Source: Leidyana gryllorum EB-2025a (Eukaryota; Protista; Apicomplexa). From it: DNA of 64,000 nucleotides. The notes beneath the pieces are model-generated. The model saw only the letters and a list, made by a program, of their open reading frames with translations. It was not told the DNA's origin and ran no database searches. Where the stretch lies: contig JBLWGC010000216.1 of NCBI GenBank assembly GCA_048772705.1, forward strand, positions 124,001 through 188,000, written 5' to 3'. The position numbers and the translations under genes are program-made. Shown in pieces: positions 12,413 through 22,500 of the stretch; position 1 is the stretch's first letter, and every line of letters starts with the position of its first letter.

Positions 12413-13018
12413 ATGGGAAGTTCACACTCACGAAGCAAGTGGCGCTATAGAAAACCATCGGACGTGCCCGCATGGGTCAAAGAATCCCCAGTACCTATTC
12501 TGATATTCAACCTTGGTATTCAAATACACAATATTGCCGAATCCAGGCTTGATGAACTCCTGGAAAAGGCGAAAGCCCGCAACACGCCAGAGACAGAGAT
12601 CGACCATCCCTATACCAAAGAGAAACTTCAGAAGCTGATAGACATAATGCAAGAATTTTACTATGGGATGAGTTGGGAAGACAAGAAACATGCTCACAAA
12701 GGTACACTGTTGCGAGAGTCAAGTTCGAAGGTGGCAAGATGGACGCACTCAGCATTCGCCTTGCCGATGACGACAATTGACTTAATCCTTGACATCTTCA
12801 TGACCACAGCCAAAGAAGCAGGATTGGATGTGGTGGACTCCTTCCTTGCGGTTGCGACCGGCGGCATCGAAGCCTGGGAGAAGTTGCCACACTACGCCGA
12901 CTTACGTGAGGGAGCAGTCCTCTTTGGTAATAGGCGGGTATTGCCACCCAGGTGCCCGCCGATTACCAACGAAATGTACGCGGACGTTTTGCGCAAAAAA
13001 TATGTCTGGCGAAGCTGA
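12413..13018 (+). CDS. array paralogue 3, N-myristoylation-like start and C-terminal extension
   Basis: Starts MGSSHSRSKWRYRK; contains DHPYTKEKLQKLIDIMQEFY and A..AGL motifs. Confidence 0.65.
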   Translation: MGSSHSRSKWRYRKPSDVPAWVKESPVPILIFNLGIQIHNIAESRLDELLEKAKARNTPETEIDHPYTKEKLQKLIDIMQEFYYGMSWEDKKHAHKGTLLRESSSKVARWTHSAFALPMTTIDLILDIFMTTAKEAGLDVVDSFLAVATGGIEAWEKLPHYADLREGAVLFGNRRVLPPRCPPITNEMYADVLRKKYVWRS

Positions 13019-13430
13019 TGTCCGGAAAGAGGGTACCGGATCTGTTCGATCCGCACAAGAGCGGATTTCATCTTTCCGTGACCAACTTCTGAGATATATT
13101 GATGTCTGTGCGGAGTATGAGCCGGACGCTGCACCACCATACGCAACTGAAGATATCGATACACTCGTACTCTTGCTCCAGAACTTTCTGACTCGACTGC
13201 ATGAGAGCCGGTCAGTAGTTGAGAGTCTTGAGCGGACGAAGAGTCGAATCGAGGCTGAGGTGAAGACCCTCGTGTTGAAGATCAATGACTTTGATTCCAC
13301 TCGTTACCAATTGGAAACGAATGAAGCAGAGGCCATTTGTGATATAGTGTCTAGTGCTGTTGTCGAAGCGGGATACGAATTCGATGATACGGACACTGGT
13401 GACTTGACGGAACCTTGGCGTACTTGGTGA
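13002..13430 (+). CDS. array paralogue 4
   Basis: ATG at 13002 (MSGEADV). PPYATEDIDTLVLLLQNF...EVKTLVLKIN...LETNEAEAICDIV...AGYEFDD...DLTEPWRTW. Confidence 0.8.
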   Translation: MSGEADVRKEGTGSVRSAQERISSFRDQLLRYIDVCAEYEPDAAPPYATEDIDTLVLLLQNFLTRLHESRSVVESLERTKSRIEAEVKTLVLKINDFDSTRYQLETNEAEAICDIVSSAVVEAGYEFDDTDTGDLTEPWRTW

Positions 13431-13577
13431 AAATTGTTTTGAGGCGCGACGCCCGCACACAGATCAGATCAGTGTACATCTTTTTGTAGATTTCTTACTC
13501 ATTCCATTTTGTGTGTTTGGTTCATCACCACATTGCGCGCTACCGAGTCAAATCACTAGTGTTAAGGTTACTCTACA

Positions 13578-13781
13578 ATGCGTTTCACTGCTCTCTTTGC
13601 CTGTTTCCTGGTCGCCGCGGCTACCGAGACTAACACCAAGTCTCTGATCCACTCGCGCCTGAGTGTTCAGCACCCCCTTGACGAAGTCGACATTCGCGCC
13701 CAACAAGACGCTAACCATGAAGCTGCCCGTCAAGCACTAAACGAATATTATCTCCGTCACGGCCGCTCTAGGAAGCTCTGA
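13578..13781 (+). CDS. small secreted peptide (67 aa)
   Basis: MRFTALFACFLVAAA is signal-peptide-like and is followed by a ~50 aa peptide with a basic tail (RHGRSRKL). Confidence 0.5.
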   Translation: MRFTALFACFLVAAATETNTKSLIHSRLSVQHPLDEVDIRAQQDANHEAARQALNEYYLRHGRSRKL

Positions 13782-14015
13782 GTTGATCTATTATGAAAGG
13801 AAGGTCTGTGTATGTGCTGTGTCGTCAACAATGCCACCAAAGGTCATCAAAGTCCTCCATGTGAAGGACTCGTGAATGTGACTTTTCACATGCTTTTTGT
13901 GTAAAACGCCTATGCGCCAACTATTGTTCGCCAAACTCGTTATTGACAGCTTCCGAGTGTGTGGCTAAGAGATGGCACCAAAGCACTAATTTCTGTTATT
14001 TTCAAAAAACAACCA

Positions 14016-14435
14016 ATGGCTCGACATAATCCGCTGACGCCTCAACTGGCAGAGTTGCGCCGTATGCTGGAAGTCTATCGGGAGATCTGTTTGAGTAATA
14101 GGTGTCGTGTTTCCCAAGAGGGGCCGTCCACGCTGGGTAACAAGACCGGTGAACCTTACTCTTTAGCGGACATTGCCGACTTGATTGGTCAGTTGGAAAG
14201 CTATTACCGCCGACTGCGTGGTGACCGTACCGCGACCTGGACCAAGGCACAGATCCGGCAGGAGGTGAAGAGAATAGTGATGAAAATGAATGAGATCTGT
14301 GAGGAAAAGGGTATGATAGAGACGGGAGAGCGGGACGTTATTTGTCAGTTCATTAATGACGCGGCGGTTCTGGCGGGTTACACCTTCGAGCGAGGCGAGA
14401 TCACAGATCTGACGGAAGAGTGGAGGGATTTTTGA
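14016..14435 (+). CDS. array paralogue 5
   Basis: ATG at 14016. EPYSLADIADLIGQLESYY...IRQEVKRIVMKMN...MIETGERDVICQFI...AGYTFERGEITDLTEEWRDF. Confidence 0.82.
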   Translation: MARHNPLTPQLAELRRMLEVYREICLSNRCRVSQEGPSTLGNKTGEPYSLADIADLIGQLESYYRRLRGDRTATWTKAQIRQEVKRIVMKMNEICEEKGMIETGERDVICQFINDAAVLAGYTFERGEITDLTEEWRDF

Positions 14436-14478
14436 TTTACCCCAAAAAAGAATAGTTGATTCTGGGGGCTGTTGAGAA

Positions 14479-14865
14479 ATGGGAGAAACCGACCCGGTTC
14501 CAGGCCTCATTGAGAGCTTAAAAGAGACGATGCAAGAATACAGAGAGAGGTGTATGGAGGATCGCGACCAACTGGAGAACAAGTATACAGTGGAAGAGAT
14601 AGACAAGTTCATCGATACCATGAGACAGTATCACGAAGTTCTCGGTGGGAACAGAGCTAAGAAGCTCAGCGACAACGAGATTAGAGGGCATATCAAGGAA
14701 TGGGTCGTCGCGGTCAATAAATTCGCCGAGGAGGACAGGTGTATGATTGAAACAGAAGAGCGGGAGGCAGTGAGTGACATTATATACCAATCAGCCCTAC
14801 TGGCCGGATACCGATTGGATGAGGAGGGTTTTTACGAAATGACTCGGCCCTGGAGAGAATTTTGA
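14479..14865 (+). CDS. array paralogue 6
   Basis: KYTVEEIDKFIDTM...MIETEEREAVSDII...LAGYRLDE...MTRPWREF. Confidence 0.82.
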   Translation: MGETDPVPGLIESLKETMQEYRERCMEDRDQLENKYTVEEIDKFIDTMRQYHEVLGGNRAKKLSDNEIRGHIKEWVVAVNKFAEEDRCMIETEEREAVSDIIYQSALLAGYRLDEEGFYEMTRPWREF

Positions 14866-15007
14866 CATTTGGGTTCATTGATCGAAGTATAATTGACAAT
14901 GACTCCAAATAAGAAAGTGGAAGATCTTCTTCCATAGCAGCAGCGGCAGCAGCAGCAGCAGCACACACTTGATCTATGTTTCTGGCAAAAAATAGGTCAT
15001 TGGTGCG

Positions 15008-15364
15008 ATGGCAAAGAATGAATTGTCACTTGGGGATCTGCGACAAACTTTGGAGGAGTATAGGGCTGAATGGATTGAGGAAGGCGGCAGGCAGCGAGGG
15101 GATGTGGAAGAGCCCTTCACTCTCGCCGACATCGACAATGTGATGACTCTTTTGGGAAACTTGACACGAGAGCGTAGAGCGAATTGTTCCGCAACCTTCA
15201 CTTCACAAGCGATAAGGGCGTATCTCGTAGAAGCGGTTTTTGAGTGGTCTGACAATGCTGCGGATGCTGAATATGTGATCGAGACTGAAGAATTTGAAGC
15301 AATCTGCAAAATGGTTCACGAAACAGCCCATTGGTTGGGCGAAAACCGAGTATCTACAACTTGA
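15008..15364 (+). CDS. array paralogue 7, C-terminally truncated (possible decaying copy)
   Basis: EPFTLADIDNVMTLL...VIETEEFEAICKMV is present, but the terminal WRx[FW] motif is missing. Confidence 0.65.
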   Translation: MAKNELSLGDLRQTLEEYRAEWIEEGGRQRGDVEEPFTLADIDNVMTLLGNLTRERRANCSATFTSQAIRAYLVEAVFEWSDNAADAEYVIETEEFEAICKMVHETAHWLGENRVSTT

Positions 15365-15626
15365 GATAAAATCGGCTTAAATGAGTCGCTACTACATCAT
15401 TGTGCAACACAAACTTAAATGACGACGCCGCCGCTGCCGCCATAGTCAGGCTCAAAAGAGAGACATCTCAAGGCCGACTGGCAGCAGCAGAACGGACGTT
15501 AAACAGCTGTAGAATTTTCATTTGATCCAACAACAATCCTCTGACAGTTCAGCAATGTTAATTCAGGAGGAGATGTTGTGTCTATTTCTGATACCAAAAG
15601 TGGGGACGACACTTTGGTGGCCTAAG

Positions 15627-15673
15627 GACAAAGTCAGGCGGTGACAAAGTCATGCGGTGACAAAGTCATGCGG
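15627..15673. repeat. 3 x 16-bp tandem repeat GACAAAGTCA(G/T)GCGG(T)
   Basis: Read directly: copies at 15627, 15643 and 15659, in the gap upstream of paralogue 8. Confidence 0.85.
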
Positions 15674-15878
15674 ACTGGCAGTGTCGGTATAATCACAGTA
15701 ATCCACTCATAGCGTTCGCCATACCGAGACGACGCAGATAGACAACAAGCAGATGCAACAAGCAGATGCAATCTCCACATCGTACCCCACCACGACCACC
15801 AAAGAGGACAGTAACGATGTTCTAATCAAATGTCCGTTGCCTTTGAGTGACAAAGCAGTAAAAAAAACTGCTATCGCC

Positions 15879-16268
15879 ATGGGAGATATGACACGTCATC
15901 CAAGACCCATTCCCAAGCTGCAAAAAGAGCTGCGCGATTGTATCGAGAGCTATCGCAAAGGCTTCATAGACGACAATCGTCCTGAGCCATACTCAGTCGC
16001 CGATATTGAACGTCTCATGGCCCTTCTGGACTCATTTTACCGTTCGATGTGCCAAGATCGGACCTCTCCTCTGACCAAAGCGCAGATTCGACAGGAGGTG
16101 GAGGACGTGATTGTGAAAATCAATCTCATTGCTGACGAGACCTGTATGATAGAGACGGGAGAGCGCGAGGCCATATGCGAAATCGTACAGACGATTGCGA
16201 TATCGGCCGGATATACGTTCGACGAAGGCGAATGCCCCGACATTACGGAAGAATGGAGAGACTTTTGA
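15879..16268 (+). CDS. array paralogue 8 (closest to paralogue 5)
   Basis: ATG at 15879 (alternative 15753). EPYSVADIERLMALLDSFY...TKAQIRQEVEDVIVKIN...MIETGEREAICEIV...AGYTFDEGECPDITEEWRDF. Confidence 0.82.
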   Translation: MGDMTRHPRPIPKLQKELRDCIESYRKGFIDDNRPEPYSVADIERLMALLDSFYRSMCQDRTSPLTKAQIRQEVEDVIVKINLIADETCMIETGEREAICEIVQTIAISAGYTFDEGECPDITEEWRDF

Positions 16269-16503
16269 CTCATAACTCACCGCAAAAACTATTGCAGCAA
16301 AGCACAGACATTTCCCGCTCAAAGTTAGTCCCTCTCGTTGCCTCAACGGCGGAGGAATGTGGGCACATCATCAAGAAAAAGAGTAAGAAACAATGGATAA
16401 GGGGCAATATGCCCAAACTATGATCAGAGATCAACTTTGGATCTGTGCGAAGAATAAATAATTGACACCTAACTAACATCATATTCGGAGAGATTAATCG
16501 GTG

Positions 16504-19500
16504 TTAAAACACCATCACTCCGCCAGCCAACAATGTCGTCGCTGTCAAAGCCATCAGAGAATGCTTCAATACAGATTGAGAACCACACGTTGAAGTACGC
16601 CATAAAACTGCACATCGATCCGCAGTCTGGCATCCCATCTCGTAATTGGGGTTCAAACACCAAAAACATCCAGGCTCTGCTGAACAAGCGCCGCACGTTC
16701 GCTTCAGAGAACACTGGGGGGAAACTAATCCCGAATCAGTTGACATCAAATCACTCGTCAACATGGACGACATACTGTACGACGGGGTCACAAATCCTGA
16801 ATAATTGCCTTCCGGCGTGAAATGCTCGTCCAAACTCAATGTCGTTAATAGGGTACTGCCTTTGTAATAACTTGAACTTGACGTCTCCCAATCGCTACTC
16901 GTAATCGTCGCGTTACTCCACATTGTTGTCGTACCAGTGAGCCATACCGTCTCACTGCCGCCGTAATCCTCACTCAACGTCATCTCCTCGCTCCTGCTTG
17001 TGAACACACTCGACATACTCACTGTCCAACTTCCCATTGGCATCGATGTAGTCTCCTCACTGAAATCGTCAGTCTCTGTCGTCATACCCTCACTACTTGT
17101 CGACTCTTCCCAGATGGTGACCTCTGTGGTGTCCGTTGCTGATGTTCTTGGCTCCTCAGGCCCTGTCATGGACGCCTCAGTCGCGGTCGTGGGCTCCTCA
17201 CTCGTCTCAGTGGGCTCCTCAAGGGTGGTCGGCAGCTCTTCAGACATCGTCGTCGGCTCCTCCGTATTGGTGGTCTCTGTTGTCTCATCGGTCACCGTCA
17301 CTGTCGTCGGCTCCTCCGTGGCCACCTCTGTTGTCTCTTCAGCTACTGTCGTCAACTTCTCGGTATTGATCTCTGTTGTCTCTTCAGTTGACGACGCCGG
17401 CTCTTCGGTGGAGCGCGTAAACTCCTCAGTGGTCGTCGTGGGTTCCTCATTTGTGGTGGTGGGCTCTTCGGAGGGCGTCGAAGGTTCTTCGGTCCCAGTC
17501 GTAGGCTCCTCGGTGGTCGTGGTAGGTTCCTCAGTCGTAGTCGTAGGCTCCTCGGAGGTCATCGAGGGTTCCTCGGTAGTCGTTGTGAACTCCTCAGTCC
17601 CAGTCGTAGGCTCCTCAGTCGTTGTGGTGGGCTCTTCAGTCGCGGTCGTGGGCTCCTCAGTCGTAGTCGTGGGCTCCTCGGTGGTCGTTGTGGGCTCCTC
17701 AGTGGTGGTCGTCGAGGGTTCCTCGGTAGTCGTTGTGGACTCCTCAGTCCCAGTCGTGGGCTCCTCAGTCATTGTGGTGGGCTCCTCAGTCGCAGTCGTG
17801 GTCGTAGGCTCCTCGGAGGTCATCGAGGGTTCCTCGGTAGTCGTTGTGAACTCCTCAGTCCCAGTCGTAGGCTCCTCAGTCGTTGTGGTGGGCTCTTCAG
17901 TCGCGGTCGTGGGCTCCTCAGTCGTAGTCGTGGGCTCCTCGGTGGTCGTTGTGGGCTCCTCAGTGGTGGTCGTCGAGGGTTCCTCGGTAGTCGTTGTGGA
18001 CTCCTCAGTCCCAGTTGTGGGCTCTTCAGTCACGGTCGTGGGCTCCTCAGTCGTAGTCGTGGGCTCCTCGGTGGTCGTGGTAGGTTCCTCAGTCGTAGTC
18101 GTGGGCTCCTCGGTGGTCGTTGTGGGCTCCTCAGTCGTTGTGGTGGGCTCCTCAGTCGCAGTCGTGGGCTCTTCGGGGGTCGTCGAGGGTTCTTCGGTAG
18201 TCGTTGTGGACTCCTCAGTCCCATTCGTGGACTCCTCGGTCGCAGTGGTGGACTCCTCAGTCGCAGTGGTGGGCTCCTCAGTCGCAGTCGTGGTCGTAGG
18301 CTCCTCGGAGGTCATCGAGGGTTCCTCGGTAGTCGTTGTGAACTCCTCAGTCCCAGTCGTAGGCTCCTCAGTCGTTGTGGTGGGCTCTTCAGTCACGGTC
18401 GTGGGCTCCTCAGTCGTAGTCGTGGGCTCCTCGGTGGTCGTGGTAGGTTCCTCAGTCGTAGTCGTGGGCTCCTCGGTGGTCGTTGTGGGCTCCTCAGTGG
18501 TGGTCGTCGAGGGTTCCTCGGTAGTCGTTGTGGACTCCTCAGTCCCAGTCGTGGGCTCCTCAGTCATTGTGGTGGGCTCCTCGGTGGTCGTGGTAGGTTC
18601 CTCAGTCGTAGTCGTGGGCTCCTCAGTGGTGCTCGTCGGCTCTTCTGTCGTTGTCGTGAGCTCCTCGGTGGTCGTAGTGGGCTCCTCAGTGGTCGTCGGC
18701 TCCTCAGTGGTAGTAGTGGGCTCCTCAGTGGTCGTCGGCTCCTCAGTGGTGGTCGTCGGCTCTTCTGTTGTTGGCGTGAGCTCCTTGGTGGTCGTGGGCG
18801 CCTCAGTCGTCGTGGTGGGTTCTTCAGTCGTCGTAGTGGGTACTTCAGTCGTAGTCGTGGGCTCCTCAGTGGTCGTAGTGGGCTCTTCATTGGTAGTTGT
18901 GGGCTCCTCAGTGGTGGTCGTCGGCTCTTCTGTTGTTGTCGTGAGCTCCCCGGTGGTCGTGGGCGCCTCAGTCGTCGTGGTGGGTTCTTCAGTCGTCGTA
19001 GTGGGTACGTCAGTCGTAGTCGTGGGCTCCTCAGTCGTCGTGGTGGGCTCCTCAGTGGTCGTTGGCGCCTCAGTGGTCGTTGTGGGTTCTTCGGTCGTCG
19101 TGGTGGGTTCTTCAGTCGTCGTGGTGGGCTCCTCGGTGGTCGTCGTGGGTTCCTCGGTGGTGGTCGTCGGCTCCTCAGTGGTCGTTGGCGCCTCAGTGGT
19201 CGTAGTGGGCTCCTCAGTGGTCCTCGTGGGCTCTTCGGTGGTCGTCAGCGCCTCAGTCGTCGTGGTGGGCTCCTCAGTCGTCGTGGTGGGCTCCTCAGTG
19301 GTCGTTGGCGCTTCAGTCGTCGTGGTGGGCTCCTCAGTCGTCGTGGTGGGCTCCTCGGTGGTCGTTGGCGCCTCAGTGGTCGTTGTGGGTTCTTCGGTCG
19401 TCGTGGTGGGCTCTTCGGTGGTCGTCGTGGGCTCCTCGGTGGTCGTCGGCGCCTCAGTCGTCGTGGTGGGTTCTGTAGTGGTCGTCGTCGGCTCCTCAGT

Positions 19501-22500
19501 CGTTGTCGTGGGCTCCTCAGTGGTCGTTGGCGCTTCAGTCGTCGTGGTGGGCTCCTCGGTGGTCGTAGTGGGCTCTTCGGTGGTCGTCGTGGGCTCCTCA
19601 GTGGTCGTCGTGAGCTCTTCGGTGGTCGTCGTGGGCTCTTCTGTCGTTGTCGTTGGCGCCTCAGTGGTCGTAGTGGGCTCTTCGGTGGTGGTCGTCGGCT
19701 CTTCTGTCGTTGTCGTTGGCGCCTCAGTGGTCGTAGTGGGCTCCTCGGTGGTCGTCGGCGCCTCAGTGGTGGTCGTGGGCTCCTCGGTGGTGGTCGTGGG
19801 CCCCTCAGTGGTGGTCGTCGGCGCCTCAGTGGTCGTAGTGGGCTCCTCAGTGGTGGTGGTGACGTCGTCACAGACCTCTATGATAGAATGGTACAATTGG
19901 TGGAGAAGATTACGACCGGAAGTTGCGATATTGACAGCAGACCGGTTGGGAATAGCAGCGAATAGATTCTTCCAGGCCACTGCGTTCGCACTCCCGGCCA
20001 CGCGTTCGTCTTCGGACAGAGCAGTGAGAAGCGTTATAGGCTTGACTTGGTTGGCTCGGAAGTGTTCCAGAAGCTGTGTTGTATCAATGGACTGATTGGG
20101 CCCTTCGTTGGCCACGAAGACGGCCACTCTCAAGACATCGTCGCCCGACCGCCAGTTGGTGTCGATGAGATTAGAAGCGCATTGGTGCAGATTTGAGTGG
20201 TCTGAGGACTTATCTTGGGATAGATTGCTGGCGGCGAGCATCTCGTCGTCGAAAGTGCGAATGTTGAGATCGTGATCTCGGAGTAGATCGACAGGGAGAC
20301 CAAAGTGTTTATCGGGATCGACGATCTGATCATCGTGCCAGAGATCCAGGAACCCGAAGTGCGTTGGTTCTACGCATGTCTCTTGATCGTCGGCGACCCA
20401 CAGAGTTTTGTGTCGGATGTCGAATGGGAGCAGATCAAAGCGTAGAATTTGTATTGCGTGGCGGATGTATCTGGCGATATGAGGACGTTTAGTCCAATCT
20501 CCAAGCACGACGATGTCGAGCTTATCTCTGGGAGTACAGGAGTCAATGACGTCTCCGTGGCGGGAACGGGGCGTGTCGTCGGTGGGGGTAAGACGTCGCT
20601 GTTGGGGGAGTTTTCGAGGATGGGCGACGGGCAGAGTCTCGGCCTCGCGGGGAATATGGTGTCGGCAGTTCCGAAGAGCCGCTTGAGCAGTAAATTCCCA
20701 GACATTGAACCCGGTGGGATTGATCGGTTTGATGATGACGGCGGCATCCAACCCCACTTGCCAAAGAATGTGAGACCAGTTGAACCAGTGGGTGGGATGG
20801 GCGGTCAGAGGATTGTTGGTGGAGGCATAGGGCACTGCGATGACCAGATGTACGTTCCGATCATAGATTGCGTCGGTAATGCGGCGAAGGAGGTCGTAGA
20901 CGTGTTGGTTCACAGGTGGGGGATCGTGGGAAGTGAAGATTAGTACCCATCCTTCTTCGGGAGTTAGATCAGTCTGCTCCAAGAAAATTCTCTGTAACTC
21001 TATCCAGAAGGGATGATCCTGTGCGTCGTCGTTAGAGTTCGACCAGTCAATCTCAGGAGTGGGATAATCCTGTTTTGCTAACCAATTTGGATCGCCTTCG
21101 CCGAGGGCTGCTGCGTAGTCGTCATCCGACCGATGTCCGCATTGCAGACTGATAGGTACACCGCTCCAATCGAGCTGATCCCAGGTACCGGGTGAACCTC
21201 TTATGACATCGCCCCCTTCCGAGGTGAGATGTGTCATACTGAGGCTTTTGGTGAGAGTGGAGGTGTCAACAGCCATTTGTTTGCGGAGACAGGTCAGCAG
21301 GGAATCGAGTCTCCATCGACTCTGATCCAACATGAGATGAATGGAAGAGGAAGGCGGTTTCTCAGTGTTCATCGCACCCTTCCGGTTGGGGCAGAGGTTG
21401 ACTATGGGGTCCCATACAAACCCAGGAGACGGGAGGAACTCAGCGTCACAAGATTGGATGATTTTATAGTTTAGCCAACGGGGATATTCAACGAAACTCT
21501 GACTGAATAGATCGGTGTGGAATCTCGGATGATTGTTAGTGAGACGCGGCAAACTGTCTTTGATCTCGCGACCGCTGAAAGTGTAAGTTGGATCCACTCC
21601 CCATTGAGCGATTGATATATGTGCAGCTGCTGAGTTGAGCACAGTATTGATATTCGCAGCAAAAATGTTGCGGTCATAATCGCCCGGCTGGTCAAACGTC
21701 ATAAAAACCATTCCAGCTCGACCCTGAATCTGAATGTCCATATTGTAAGCCAGACACTGTAGAATTCCGTAGTCCTCGCCGGCTCTGTGTCCGGCCTCAT
21801 ACAGAGCCGTCTCCGCCTCGAAATCCTGCGTCAGAGTGGTGTCATTGTTTCGAACACTCATTTTCCAGTCGCTGCCCGCCACTTCAGGACTCGCGTGTGT
21901 CATCTGGTACAGATAGCTCGGGATCACATTCTCAAACTGACGTGCGGGATAGATCATGTAACAGTATGTGTCAGCACCGCGCGACACGATATACCAAGTT
22001 TCCCATAAAGAGGGGTACTTTCGCTGTTCTCGCCACCCTATGACTGCTTGCCGTCCGGCGAAGCCGAGCATCCGAGTGGCGGTCCCAGATCGGCGATCCA
22101 AGGTGTAGAAGGTTGGGATCGTGAGTCGAAGATCACAAATCTCAGCGATCTCTCTGTACGGTACCATAAGATCATGGGCACGAACTCGCGGCGATAAAGC
22201 GAGAACTTGAGACACTCGCTGTACTGTGGAGTGCCAGATCTGATATCCAGACGGATTGTACCCATCCACAACTGGAAGGCCATCTATGTTCCATCGATAA
22301 AGGAACTCTCGCCAGTCATTCCTGACCGCATTTGTGGCCAAGTCTTGTGGTATGCGAATGAGCAGTCGGATTTCCCCGTGAAAGATTCTGTCTCGCAAAC
22401 GTTTGACCACTCGTTGATCGCCGACCCATTTGGGAGGGGGAGAGTGGGTGAAGAGCACCAAAAAAGCGCCTTTCGGCAGCTTCTCCGCTTCGTGAGCCAA

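Noticed and set aside
17000-20095. 1,031 aa Val/Ser/Gly ORF on + strand
   Set aside because: Antisense shadow of the TTTEEP coding repeat; it has no ATG start and no independent features.
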